Source of the DNA: a virus
Taxonomy: Duplodnaviria > Caudoviricetes
IMG/VR virus record: IMGVR_UViG_3300045912_000306
Location: 1 to 56,296 of that record
Reading direction: 5' to 3' (one strand)
Length of the DNA stretch: 56,296 nucleotides
Position 1 is the first letter of the stretch. The number at the start of each line of letters is the position of its first letter. A model generated the notes under the pieces. That model had not been told where the DNA came from, made no database searches, and saw only the letters and a list, made by a program, of their open reading frames with translations. The translations under genes were made by a program, and so were the position numbers. Shown one piece after another: positions 1-8,401 of this stretch.

Positions 1-127
1 ATATTCAAGCGTGGAGACCCACGACTTCAGTCGTGTGGAGGAAACGCTTGACCTCCTAACTATTATATGATATAGTTTATCTATATGCAACTGTCTATTA
101 AAGTTAAGCTTATTCCCAACCAAGAGC
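1..127. repeat. Terminal direct repeat identical to 56170-56296 (circular closure, probably assembler overlap)
   Basis: Exact 127-nt match. It cuts through the IS left end and tnpB start, and 127 is a common assembler k-mer. Confidence 0.9.
48..76 (+). promoter_or_regulatory. Sigma70-type promoter of tnpB, near-leaderless
   Basis: TTGACC(48-53)-17 nt-TATAGT(71-76), with ATG 8 nt later. Confidence 0.65.
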
Positions 128-1203
128 AAAAGAACATTCTCCTGAAAACGATTGAGGCTTACAACGAAGCCTGCAACTTTGTTTCTCAAATAGCTTTTGA
201 GAATAAAACTGCTTCTGTGGTAAAAATCCACCATAAATGTTACTACGAAATCCGTAAAAGATTTAATCTTTCCTCTCAAATGGCAGTAAGAGTGGTGGGT
301 AAAGTTGCCGATACTTATAAAGTAGCGAGAAATAAAAAACTTCAACTTAAAAAACCTCATAAGTTTGACAAACACGGGGCAATTGTTTATGACCAGCGTA
401 TTTTTTCTTGGAAGGGACTTGAAAAGGTTTCTATTCTTACTTTGGAAGGTAGACAAGTTATTCCCATTGTTTTGGGAGAATATCAACAAATTAAACTTCA
501 ATTTCCCCGTAGAGGACAAGCATATCTTCTTTATCAGAATGGAAACTTTTACTTGATATCTATTGTAGATGTTCCAGAACCTCCAGAGAAAATATGTAAG
601 GATTTTCTTGGGGTTGATTTGGGAGTGGTTAATCTTGCTGTTGATAGCAAAGGGGAGTTTTATTCGGGAAAGGAGGTGGAAAAGAAAAGAATAAAACTTG
701 ATAAACTTAAATCTGCTTTGCAAAAATGTGGAAGTAAATCTGCTAAAAGACATCTTAAAAAATTGTCTGGTAAAGAAAAAAGATTTAGAAAAGATGTTAA
801 TCACTGTATTAGCAAGAAGATTGTTGAAAAGGCTAAAAGGAACTCTTTGAGTATTGCCATTGAAAACTTGACGGGGATACGACAAAGAGCAACCGTTAGA
901 AAAAGCCAACGGAGACAACATTTTTCTTGGGCTTTTAACCAGTTGAGAAGATTTTTGGAATACAAATCCAAACTTGCGGGGATTGTTTTGAAAACTGTTG
1001 ACCCGCACTATACTTCTCAAAAATGCTCTAATTGTGGTTATATTGCTAAACATAATCGTAAAAATCAATCAAACTTTTCTTGTAAGTCGTGTGGTTTCTC
1101 CGTCAACGCCGACTTAAACGGAGCGATTAATATCGCTCAACTGGCAACCGTCAACTTACCAATCGTAGCCCCCTCAAGGGGAGTTACAAGCCACCTGCTT
1201 TAG
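85..1203 (+). CDS. tnpB: RNA-guided endonuclease TnpB
   Basis: RuvC-I GVDLG, RuvC-II IAIENL, zinc ribbon CSNC..CKSC, RuvC-III NADLNGAINI; 372 aa. Confidence 0.95.
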   Translation: MQLSIKVKLIPNQEQKNILLKTIEAYNEACNFVSQIAFENKTASVVKIHHKCYYEIRKRFNLSSQMAVRVVGKVADTYKVARNKKLQLKKPHKFDKHGAIVYDQRIFSWKGLEKVSILTLEGRQVIPIVLGEYQQIKLQFPRRGQAYLLYQNGNFYLISIVDVPEPPEKICKDFLGVDLGVVNLAVDSKGEFYSGKEVEKKRIKLDKLKSALQKCGSKSAKRHLKKLSGKEKRFRKDVNHCISKKIVEKAKRNSLSIAIENLTGIRQRATVRKSQRRQHFSWAFNQLRRFLEYKSKLAGIVLKTVDPHYTSQKCSNCGYIAKHNRKNQSNFSCKSCGFSVNADLNGAINIAQLATVNLPIVAPSRGVTSHLL

Positions 1204-1238
1204 CGGGTGGTAGTTGACACATTTTAATATTCTAAGCT
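1150..1238 (+). ncRNA. TnpB omegaRNA 3' scaffold plus flank-derived guide (5' start not defined)
   Basis: GTCAAC(1150-1155) pairs with GTTGAC(1213-1218), with inner hairpins at 1165-1187 and 1191-1210. Predicted guide ACATTTTAATATTCTAAGCT. Confidence 0.65.
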
Positions 1239-2207
1239 ATAAAAATATGGGTCACTTGGATCAAACCCAGCTAGCTGAATTTGCTTGCTTATTTCCTCTC
1301 CAATTGCTAATCTTTCTTCATTTGTTGTAGCTTTTTTTTCGGCTTCTTGTTTATATTTTGCTAGTGTTTGATACAGTTCTTGTTTTGTTTGCCATTGTGT
1401 TTTCTTTGGTTCAGGTGGATTTATCTTAGACCAGTTGCTTAAAACCTCATCTGCGATATCTGGATATTGGTTAATAAGATCAACAATGTCCTGCTTATAT
1501 CTATCTGTTCCCTCCATTCCAGTTGGTATCCAATCATTTTTCTCATAACTCCATTGCCATTGACCCAGTGGAGAATGCCACGAAATATTTGTCCTTCCAT
1601 CTTCAGATGGATTAAATGTTGGTTTTTCTTCGGTTGGTTGCCAGCCAGTCTTACCAGATAACAATATCTTTGCTAATTCAGACATACCAGCACTCTTTGA
1701 TGCAGTTGACGACCCCTTTCTGGCTGCTTCTTGTTTCTTAAATATTCTTTCCCATTCTTTCTCTGCTTGTTGTAATTCAAATTCTTGTGCAGCCAATCCT
1801 GCTTTATACAATTCCAAACCCTTATTTAATGCATTTCCAATTACATTTTGTCTTGATTGAATTAGATTAAGTAAATTTCCATATTCTCCACGAATGTCTG
1901 CTTTTTGACCAGAGATAATAGCCTGTCTATTCATTGGATTTTCAATATACATCTCGCTTTCAGGATTTGCATATCTTTCAGCCAATCTTTTGTCGGCTGT
2001 ATAGAGTTCTTGTATTTTTGACTCAACATCGCTCTCCAGTCCAGGCAGGGTCTTCTCCCTTTCATATAGAGCTTTTCTAAGAGCATCTGTTATTCCGGGA
2101 AGACCACTATAACCAGCTTTTACCGCACTCGTTAGGTCTGAGATTTTCTTTTCTACCGCACCAAGACTTCCTGTGTAAGTATTAGTTTGATTATTTTGAT
2201 TGTTCAT
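1224..2207 (-). CDS. Putative DNA ejection/internal virion protein
   Basis: Helical Q/E/K-rich protein between tail genes and the giant internal protein. Confidence 0.5.
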   Translation of the reverse strand: MNNQNNQTNTYTGSLGAVEKKISDLTSAVKAGYSGLPGITDALRKALYEREKTLPGLESDVESKIQELYTADKRLAERYANPESEMYIENPMNRQAIISGQKADIRGEYGNLLNLIQSRQNVIGNALNKGLELYKAGLAAQEFELQQAEKEWERIFKKQEAARKGSSTASKSAGMSELAKILLSGKTGWQPTEEKPTFNPSEDGRTNISWHSPLGQWQWSYEKNDWIPTGMEGTDRYKQDIVDLINQYPDIADEVLSNWSKINPPEPKKTQWQTKQELYQTLAKYKQEAEKKATTNEERLAIGEEISKQIQLAGFDPSDPYFYSLEY

Positions 2208-2222
2208 ATAGTTAGCACCTCC

Positions 2223-3047
2223 TTATCCATAATAATTATTTATCGCTTTCCTCATTAAATTTTCTCTCTCAATTTGTTGTAATGCAATATCATCACTTCT
2301 TTTTTGTCTGGCAAGATTAGCAGCATTAGTTTTCTTTTCTTCTTCAAGCTGGAATTGTCTTCTTTGCCATTGTGTATCAGTATCATCAAGTTTTCTTTGC
2401 TTTGCTATGCCAGCCTCTTCTTCGTATCTTCTAAGAGCCAGGTCAATAGCCTCCTGTCTTGCTTGTTGAGCTGTTCTAACTTTATCGGCAGTATAATTTG
2501 CAATGCCAGATTGTAATATATTTCTCTTATTCAAATTAGAAAAAGCGCTAATCCCCTCTTCTGGGAAAGTTCCATAATCATACTTGGTTCTGTTATAATA
2601 TTGGGCTATACTTTCATTTGGAAGCATTTGCGGTCCATAGTTTCGTTTTGCAATTTCCCAATCTTCCCTTTTTATTCTTATGCCTCTTTGATAATCTTCC
2701 TCAAGTCTCTGTTTTGCTTTCTCAACGTCTCCTCCTTCTTCTCTCAATATTCTTTCATAATACGGTCTCAGTTCCTCAAGAGCCTGTTTTTCATATTCCT
2801 CCCATGTTTTTGTCTGAAGTGGGGGAAGTTGAATAGGAGAAGCGGACAATTTAGCAAAAAGATTAGCAAACTCATCTATTCCGCTAGAAGATAAACCACC
2901 AGACAAAGAACTTGTGGGAGAACTATTTGGACCAGCTCCACCAGTCGGGTCTTCTCCGTTTGTCCATCCCCAAGCACCCCACCAACGCATGACTTTTCCC
3001 CCAGCATCTGGGTTTGGATACCAACCGCCGAATAATTTATTTGCCAT
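2223..3047 (-). CDS. Putative DNA ejection/pilot protein
   Basis: Coiled-coil, Gly/Ser N-terminus, first gene of the ejection cluster. Confidence 0.5.
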   Translation of the reverse strand: MANKLFGGWYPNPDAGGKVMRWWGAWGWTNGEDPTGGAGPNSSPTSSLSGGLSSSGIDEFANLFAKLSASPIQLPPLQTKTWEEYEKQALEELRPYYERILREEGGDVEKAKQRLEEDYQRGIRIKREDWEIAKRNYGPQMLPNESIAQYYNRTKYDYGTFPEEGISAFSNLNKRNILQSGIANYTADKVRTAQQARQEAIDLALRRYEEEAGIAKQRKLDDTDTQWQRRQFQLEEEKKTNAANLARQKRSDDIALQQIERENLMRKAINNYYG

Positions 3048-3128
3048 ATTATTTAATAAATAAAACTCTATGTTTTAATTCTATAATCTTTTTTATTACT
3101 TTTCCAAATAATTTTTTAAAATTTTTCA

Positions 3129-4349
3129 TTATATTAAATTAAATAAGAAAAACGGATTCTTTTCAAATAAAGTCGGATCAGCAACGTCTGTAAATGTAGG
3201 ATTAGTTGTTCCTGTAACGGTTCCTGAATGGTGGATTGCAATGCCTCCATTTCCACCATTGCCACCACCCCTGGTACCTAAATTATTTCCTCCTGTCCCA
3301 CCAAGTGCAGTAATTAGATTGCTTCCCAATGATGCTGTTCTACACACAATAAGACAAACACCTCCACCTCCGCCACCACCGCCTGGAGAATCACCTATTG
3401 CACCACCATTGCCACCATTTAGATTGATAGTTCCTGTAAATTCATAAGAGTTTACAAAAAATACGCCGACACCTCCGCCAGAACCACCTATCCCAACAGC
3501 ATTGGAATATATTACCTGACTTCCACCACCACCACCACCAAGTGTCATTGTTGTTAAATCGGCGGTGCTTATAGCGGAGCCACCTATTCCAGCAGGATTG
3601 ATACCACTCTTACCATTACTACCAGCATTTACACTACCACCACCACCGCCACCACCATAGTTTCCTGAGACATTTGGAGAACCCCCACCACCATTTCCGT
3701 TTGCGTTACTGTTTTCCTGTATTGCTCCCCCAGTTCCTTCTCCACATCTTGCTGGTTGGGTTAAGTGCTCTGATGGGTTATGACAAGATGAACCTGCACC
3801 ATGATCTTGATGGCAACCAGCACCTTTAAAGCCACAACCAGAATTATTATCTGGGACATCACAAGTACCATAACTACCATTTGCTCCCGCCAAATTGATT
3901 GATCCGCTTCCTCCAAAACTTCCTTTAATGGCAATAGGAAAAATTCCACCAACATCTCCATTCCACGCAGTTACATTCCAGGTTCCACTACAAGTTACAT
4001 TTTTGTATCTTGGAATTAAAACCGCTTGAGCTTGTGAAGCCCCAGAGTCGGTATAGGTATATTGAAGCGGTTTAAGAAGTGTAAGAGAGGTAGTGCCACC
4101 ACCTGATACAATCCTATTTACTTCCCATTGTCCAGCTCCAGTCCCTCTTGTTTGATGGACTAAGATAACATCTCCATTTGAAAACCCCGATGAACCTAAA
4201 GTTAAAGTAGTTGAGCTAGCACTCCCAGAGCAAGAGCGATAAGTTATTGTCGGAATAGACGATGAAGAATAATCCCCATCTTTTCCGTCGCCAAATGGCA
4301 TATTGGGGAAAATCCAATCTAATTTCTGCCAATCATACAATTGTGCCAT
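3129..4349 (-). CDS. Glycine-rich tail fibre/receptor-binding protein
   Basis: FGDGKDG start, long poly-Gly tracts, tail module position. Confidence 0.6.
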   Translation of the reverse strand: MAQLYDWQKLDWIFPNMPFGDGKDGDYSSSSIPTITYRSCSGSASSTTLTLGSSGFSNGDVILVHQTRGTGAGQWEVNRIVSGGGTTSLTLLKPLQYTYTDSGASQAQAVLIPRYKNVTCSGTWNVTAWNGDVGGIFPIAIKGSFGGSGSINLAGANGSYGTCDVPDNNSGCGFKGAGCHQDHGAGSSCHNPSEHLTQPARCGEGTGGAIQENSNANGNGGGGSPNVSGNYGGGGGGGSVNAGSNGKSGINPAGIGGSAISTADLTTMTLGGGGGGSQVIYSNAVGIGGSGGGVGVFFVNSYEFTGTINLNGGNGGAIGDSPGGGGGGGGVCLIVCRTASLGSNLITALGGTGGNNLGTRGGGNGGNGGIAIHHSGTVTGTTNPTFTDVADPTLFEKNPFFLFNLI

Positions 4350-4350
4350 A

Positions 4351-4896
4351 TTACAAATTCATAGCAATTACGAAACCGTCGTAAGTATTTGCTCCAGTGC
4401 AAATAAAACCAAACCAATCAGCCTTATTTGCTGTTGGTGTTAAAGTTGGAGCAACACCACCAGCCCATTTAATTGTAGAAAACCAAGTAACTGTTCTATT
4501 TCCACTAGCGTCTTGAATCAATTTTAATGCAAAAGCACTTCCAACTTGTGCATTTGATATGGTTAGTGTTCTATTTCCGCCTAGAGTTACTTGTTGTATA
4601 TGTCCCTGAGACAAATCAAATGTAATAGTCGCACCATCTGTCGCTGTTACTATATCTGTATATGGCTGAATTAATTTTGGTTTTGCGAGCGTTTTGTTGG
4701 TTACTGTTTTAGTATTTGTCGTTGTTAAAATATTGCTATCTAGCTTTGATGCTTCAATAGCGGCATCAGAAGCTATATTAGCATTTTTGATATTACCATT
4801 ATAATCATTGATTATATTGTTAAACTCAGCATTAAGATCTGCTGGAGTTAAAGTATCACCTGTGTTCCATATTTTTATTCTTGAAATTGTTGCCAT
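4351..4896 (-). CDS. Short tail fibre/adaptor protein
   Basis: LTPADLNAEFNNI anchor and IASDAAIEASKL motif; beta-rich C-terminus (WAGGVAPTLT) typical of phage fibres. Confidence 0.65.
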   Translation of the reverse strand: MATISRIKIWNTGDTLTPADLNAEFNNIINDYNGNIKNANIASDAAIEASKLDSNILTTTNTKTVTNKTLAKPKLIQPYTDIVTATDGATITFDLSQGHIQQVTLGGNRTLTISNAQVGSAFALKLIQDASGNRTVTWFSTIKWAGGVAPTLTPTANKADWFGFICTGANTYDGFVIAMNL

Positions 4897-4912
4897 TTAT
4901 AACACCCCCTTT

Positions 4913-6436
4913 TTAAGCATCTCTAATCTTTTTTGGTTTAAATAATAATGTATATTCTCGAATATGTACAGGCTTATTAGCTTCATTTTGACAAAAATTA
5001 AATTGTACAGAATACGCTGGGTCGCCACCAAGTTCTACTCTTTTTCTTAAAACGCTTGGGGAACCAAGTGGTTGTGGTAATATAAACGGTAAAACAGAGC
5101 TACTTCCCTTCAAATTTACGCTAGCAACACTATTAAAATCAAAGGAATTTGAAGATCTTTTTATGTCCAAATTAACATCATTTCCTGTATCTACTGTAAT
5201 AAATAAATATTTCCATTTTGCCTTTGTGTCTATCTTAATATCATTCATGATTCCCCTAGTGGTAAACATTCTAGTTTTATATTGGAAATCAATGGGGTTG
5301 CCATTATCACTATTAGAAGAATCAAGCTTATATACTTTGCTATCATTATTAGCTTCTTGAAAATATATTTCAGCTTTTCCACCAATTGTTGATATTGCCC
5401 ATGCAGCAACATTTAAACCAGTCCATTTAACAAAACTTTTATTTACAGTATCATAAACAATAACAACATTATTTATTGTAGAAGAACCCTCTGGTACGGC
5501 CAAATAATATTTTCTACCATCGAAAATGGAGGTTGATATGTCTAATTTTGATTTATTTAGTCCCAACATTGTCCCTTCAATATCTTCCGATATAATTCCA
5601 CCAGCAACATTTACAGCATACCTTGTCCTTTGAATACTTCTTATGTGTGGAATATTTCCAGTAAAAGATAAGAAAAGGGTATCGTTTCCTATATTTTGGA
5701 AACTATTGTGGGATATATTACCAAAACCGTTTATACGCTCATTGATATTGTTTATAGAAAACGTTCCTACATCAAAACCAGTTAGAGAAAAAACCCTATT
5801 TTTCTTGGAAATAAGCAACTCGTCTCCAAGAACGTATAACCCACTAATAAAATCTCCGTCATTTGGATTAATATCAATATAATCATTTGCCGCCCACGTT
5901 TCTGGATTGCCAGCGTTTGAAAAATACAACCTATTTGGGTATGTTGGATTACCTGCAACAAAGAAAAAATTATGAAACCATATAGCATATTTTCCAATAG
6001 GCATAGCGGTAATCGGGGAAGCACTGCTTCCATTATACGCCAAACACGTGTCAGTACCATTAAAACTATATAGTTTATCTGTCGCCTGAACAAAATTAGT
6101 AAATTTATTAGCAGTCTGATTTGAAGCACCAGTTATTTGTGTCCAGTTTCCACTACCGTCCCACGACATATAAACAGAATTTGTATTGTCCGAATTGTTC
6201 CATACCGCTACTAATCTTTTTGTCCCGTCTGTTTTTTCCAACGAACCAAGTCCAAGACCATATTTATTTCCTATGGCATTTGCCACCATTGTGTATCCGT
6301 ATCTTTTTTTAATACCACCATCAACTACTGCATTTAGTATCATGGAGGCATAACCAGAAGGAAGCATTTCTGGTTTAACGTTATCTTTATATCCTTTGGA
6401 AAAGTCTCTCTCTGTATATCTAATAAGGTCTTGCAT
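4913..6436 (-). CDS. Tail nozzle/stabilisation protein (beta-propeller type)
   Basis: 507 aa, KKRYG start, NRLYFS..NPETW motif, follows adaptor gene. Confidence 0.7.
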   Translation of the reverse strand: MQDLIRYTERDFSKGYKDNVKPEMLPSGYASMILNAVVDGGIKKRYGYTMVANAIGNKYGLGLGSLEKTDGTKRLVAVWNNSDNTNSVYMSWDGSGNWTQITGASNQTANKFTNFVQATDKLYSFNGTDTCLAYNGSSASPITAMPIGKYAIWFHNFFFVAGNPTYPNRLYFSNAGNPETWAANDYIDINPNDGDFISGLYVLGDELLISKKNRVFSLTGFDVGTFSINNINERINGFGNISHNSFQNIGNDTLFLSFTGNIPHIRSIQRTRYAVNVAGGIISEDIEGTMLGLNKSKLDISTSIFDGRKYYLAVPEGSSTINNVVIVYDTVNKSFVKWTGLNVAAWAISTIGGKAEIYFQEANNDSKVYKLDSSNSDNGNPIDFQYKTRMFTTRGIMNDIKIDTKAKWKYLFITVDTGNDVNLDIKRSSNSFDFNSVASVNLKGSSSVLPFILPQPLGSPSVLRKRVELGGDPAYSVQFNFCQNEANKPVHIREYTLLFKPKKIRDA

Positions 6437-7146
6437 TATAGTAATGTGTTCTGAAAATCTAATATTTCTCCACTTGTATCAATTACATATTTTGATTCTT
6501 CCGCTATTCTATCTTCTAATTCTCTTTTCATTCTATCAATATCTGCTTGTGCTTCGTCTTCTAATCTTTTAGCTTCCACTGATTCTTGCTGTCCTTTTCT
6601 CAAAGCTTCAGCTGCGGCTGCCTTAGCAATTATTCCATAATATCTATCTGGATACGGGATATTTATTGTATCACTATCTTCTGATAAATCAGGAATTTGT
6701 TTGATATACCATATTTTTATTGCCTCATCTCCAACCTTGTCGGGAATAGGAATAAAACCAATTACGTTGCCTTGAATATAATAAACTGGGCTTGAAAATG
6801 ACCCTGCACCCAAATTCGTATTTGAGATTGAACCCCTAATAACATCTAAATCAATAGGCAGTGCTCTTACAAAACCAGTTGGGTGGTTGTTTATATCATA
6901 ATTTATTTCTACCCTTCTCATTTTGAAGAAATCATCTGGAAGTTGGTATTCTTGTACATTTGCATCTGTATCTGTGGTTGCCTCTGTTATATAGTAATTT
7001 TCAAACGTTTCCATCACCGCCGTTACAACTCTTTGATATTGCCCATTTATAATGCGGTTTAGGTCTGAATCTAACCAATCAGCTTCAGTGCTTTCGTCAA
7101 GATAGTGTCTTACACTTTTTCTAATTGTGAATAATGTCTTAGCCAT
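6436..7146 (-). CDS. Head-tail adaptor (tail tubular protein A-like); start reassigned to MAKTL
   Basis: W..SDLNRIIN, EYQLPDDF and IGFIPIPD motifs. The upstream extension in the ORF track covers a promoter and terminator. Confidence 0.7.
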   Translation of the reverse strand: MAKTLFTIRKSVRHYLDESTEADWLDSDLNRIINGQYQRVVTAVMETFENYYITEATTDTDANVQEYQLPDDFFKMRRVEINYDINNHPTGFVRALPIDLDVIRGSISNTNLGAGSFSSPVYYIQGNVIGFIPIPDKVGDEAIKIWYIKQIPDLSEDSDTINIPYPDRYYGIIAKAAAAEALRKGQQESVEAKRLEDEAQADIDRMKRELEDRIAEESKYVIDTSGEILDFQNTLL

Positions 7147-7246
7147 TTTTATAAAAAAAGCCCTGAATATAAATTCAGAGCCAATACGTTGTTCGCTTGA
7201 TAGCTGCTGCCACACATAAACTAACAAACTGGAATATACTTGTCAA
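7147..7246 (-). promoter_or_regulatory. Promoter plus leader ending in a terminator-like hairpin
   Basis: TTGACA-17-TAGTTT, then GCTCTGAA-TTTATA-TTCAGGGC-T7 just before the ATG. Confidence 0.5.
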
Positions 7247-8400
7247 TATTTTTTCTCCAAAAATTTAAGGTTTTTTCTGTTAGTATTTTCTTGGTACCAG
7301 CCATCTTTTGATAAATTTAATATCCTTTCAAAATATTCTCTATACATTTCTGTGGCTTTTTCCATTGAAAAATTATGCATTGCCCACTTTCTGCAATCTG
7401 ACGGTTTGATTTTGTGTATGTTTTTTGCCGCCCAGACAAACTGTTCAAATGTATAACAGCGATACCCAGTTTTTCCGTGATGTACTGTTTCTGGAAAAGC
7501 ACCACCATCTGTGGTTATAACAGGCGTTCCAGAAAACATTGCCTCTATCGCTACATATCCAAATGGTTCAAGATAAATTGTTGGCATAAAGACAGCTTTA
7601 GCTTTACTTAATAGTTTTTTTCTTTTTTCAAGACCAGCAAAGCCGATATACTCAACGTTTGGCATTTTAATAAATTCCCTAAAAGAAATAGCGTCTGCTT
7701 GATTATCTTCTTCACTATATCCAAATCCAGCAGCTATTAACTTTGCATTTATTTTTTGACAAACCTGTTGTGCAATAAAAATACCTTTTCTTGATATTAT
7801 TCTTCCAAGATAAAGGAAATAATCATCTTTCTTTTCAGAATATTCAAAATCGTTTGGGTCAAAAAAACCTGGAATTACTGTGTTGTAAAAGTCTATGTCT
7901 TTAATTCCCTCCATTCCGTATGTGTAATTCATAATGTAATAACTCTCAAATATTCTAAATCTAGCAAAAGAGCCCAGATACCCAATACCAATCTCTATTG
8001 TGTATGGTATATTAACAGCATCTGCTATTGGTTTTTGGAATGTACCAAGGCAAAGAAGGAGAAGGTCTCCACCTCTTTTTCTTTTATTTATTTCATTTAT
8101 TGTGTTTTTGTTGAACTCATTAAAAGCAATATCTCCACAATTTAATTTATACACAGTTTCCTTGTTCCACTTGCCATATGCTTTTTCTAGGATATCTTTT
8201 GTTGAGACCTGAACAAACTCATCGCAAATAACATCAGATCCCTCTACTCCATAAAATATTACATAAAAACCAAGTTTCTTTAATATCTTAGCCATTCTTA
8301 CTACTTTTGAAGCAAAAGCATTTGCTATACCCTCGTCACCCATTGTCGTCGGGGTATTAAATGGACCCACCAAATGAACTCTAATTCCATCAAAAGACAT
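7243..8400 (-). CDS. Glycosyltransferase, GT-B fold (GT4-like)
   Basis: LYLGRIISRKG and EPFGYVAIEAMFSGTPVITTD motifs. Confidence 0.9.
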   Translation of the reverse strand: MSFDGIRVHLVGPFNTPTTMGDEGIANAFASKVVRMAKILKKLGFYVIFYGVEGSDVICDEFVQVSTKDILEKAYGKWNKETVYKLNCGDIAFNEFNKNTINEINKRKRGGDLLLLCLGTFQKPIADAVNIPYTIEIGIGYLGSFARFRIFESYYIMNYTYGMEGIKDIDFYNTVIPGFFDPNDFEYSEKKDDYFLYLGRIISRKGIFIAQQVCQKINAKLIAAGFGYSEEDNQADAISFREFIKMPNVEYIGFAGLEKRKKLLSKAKAVFMPTIYLEPFGYVAIEAMFSGTPVITTDGGAFPETVHHGKTGYRCYTFEQFVWAAKNIHKIKPSDCRKWAMHNFSMEKATEMYREYFERILNLSKDGWYQENTNRKNLKFLEKKY

Positions 8401-8401
8401 A

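Larger units (their letters stand above)
5..1218 (+). mobile_element. IS200/IS605-family (IS1341-type, tnpB-only) insertion sequence
   Basis: Left-end hairpin TCAAGCGT(5-12)/ACGCTTGA(44-51) enclosing CACGACTTCAGTCGTG. Right-end hairpin CCACCTGC-TTTA-GCGGGTGG (1191-1210) followed by TAGTTGAC. No tnpA in the genome. Left boundary uncertain by a few nt. Confidence 0.85.

Noticed and set aside
85-1203. Cas12f with a CRISPR array
   Set aside because: No array or cas genes nearby, and IS200/IS605 ends are present.
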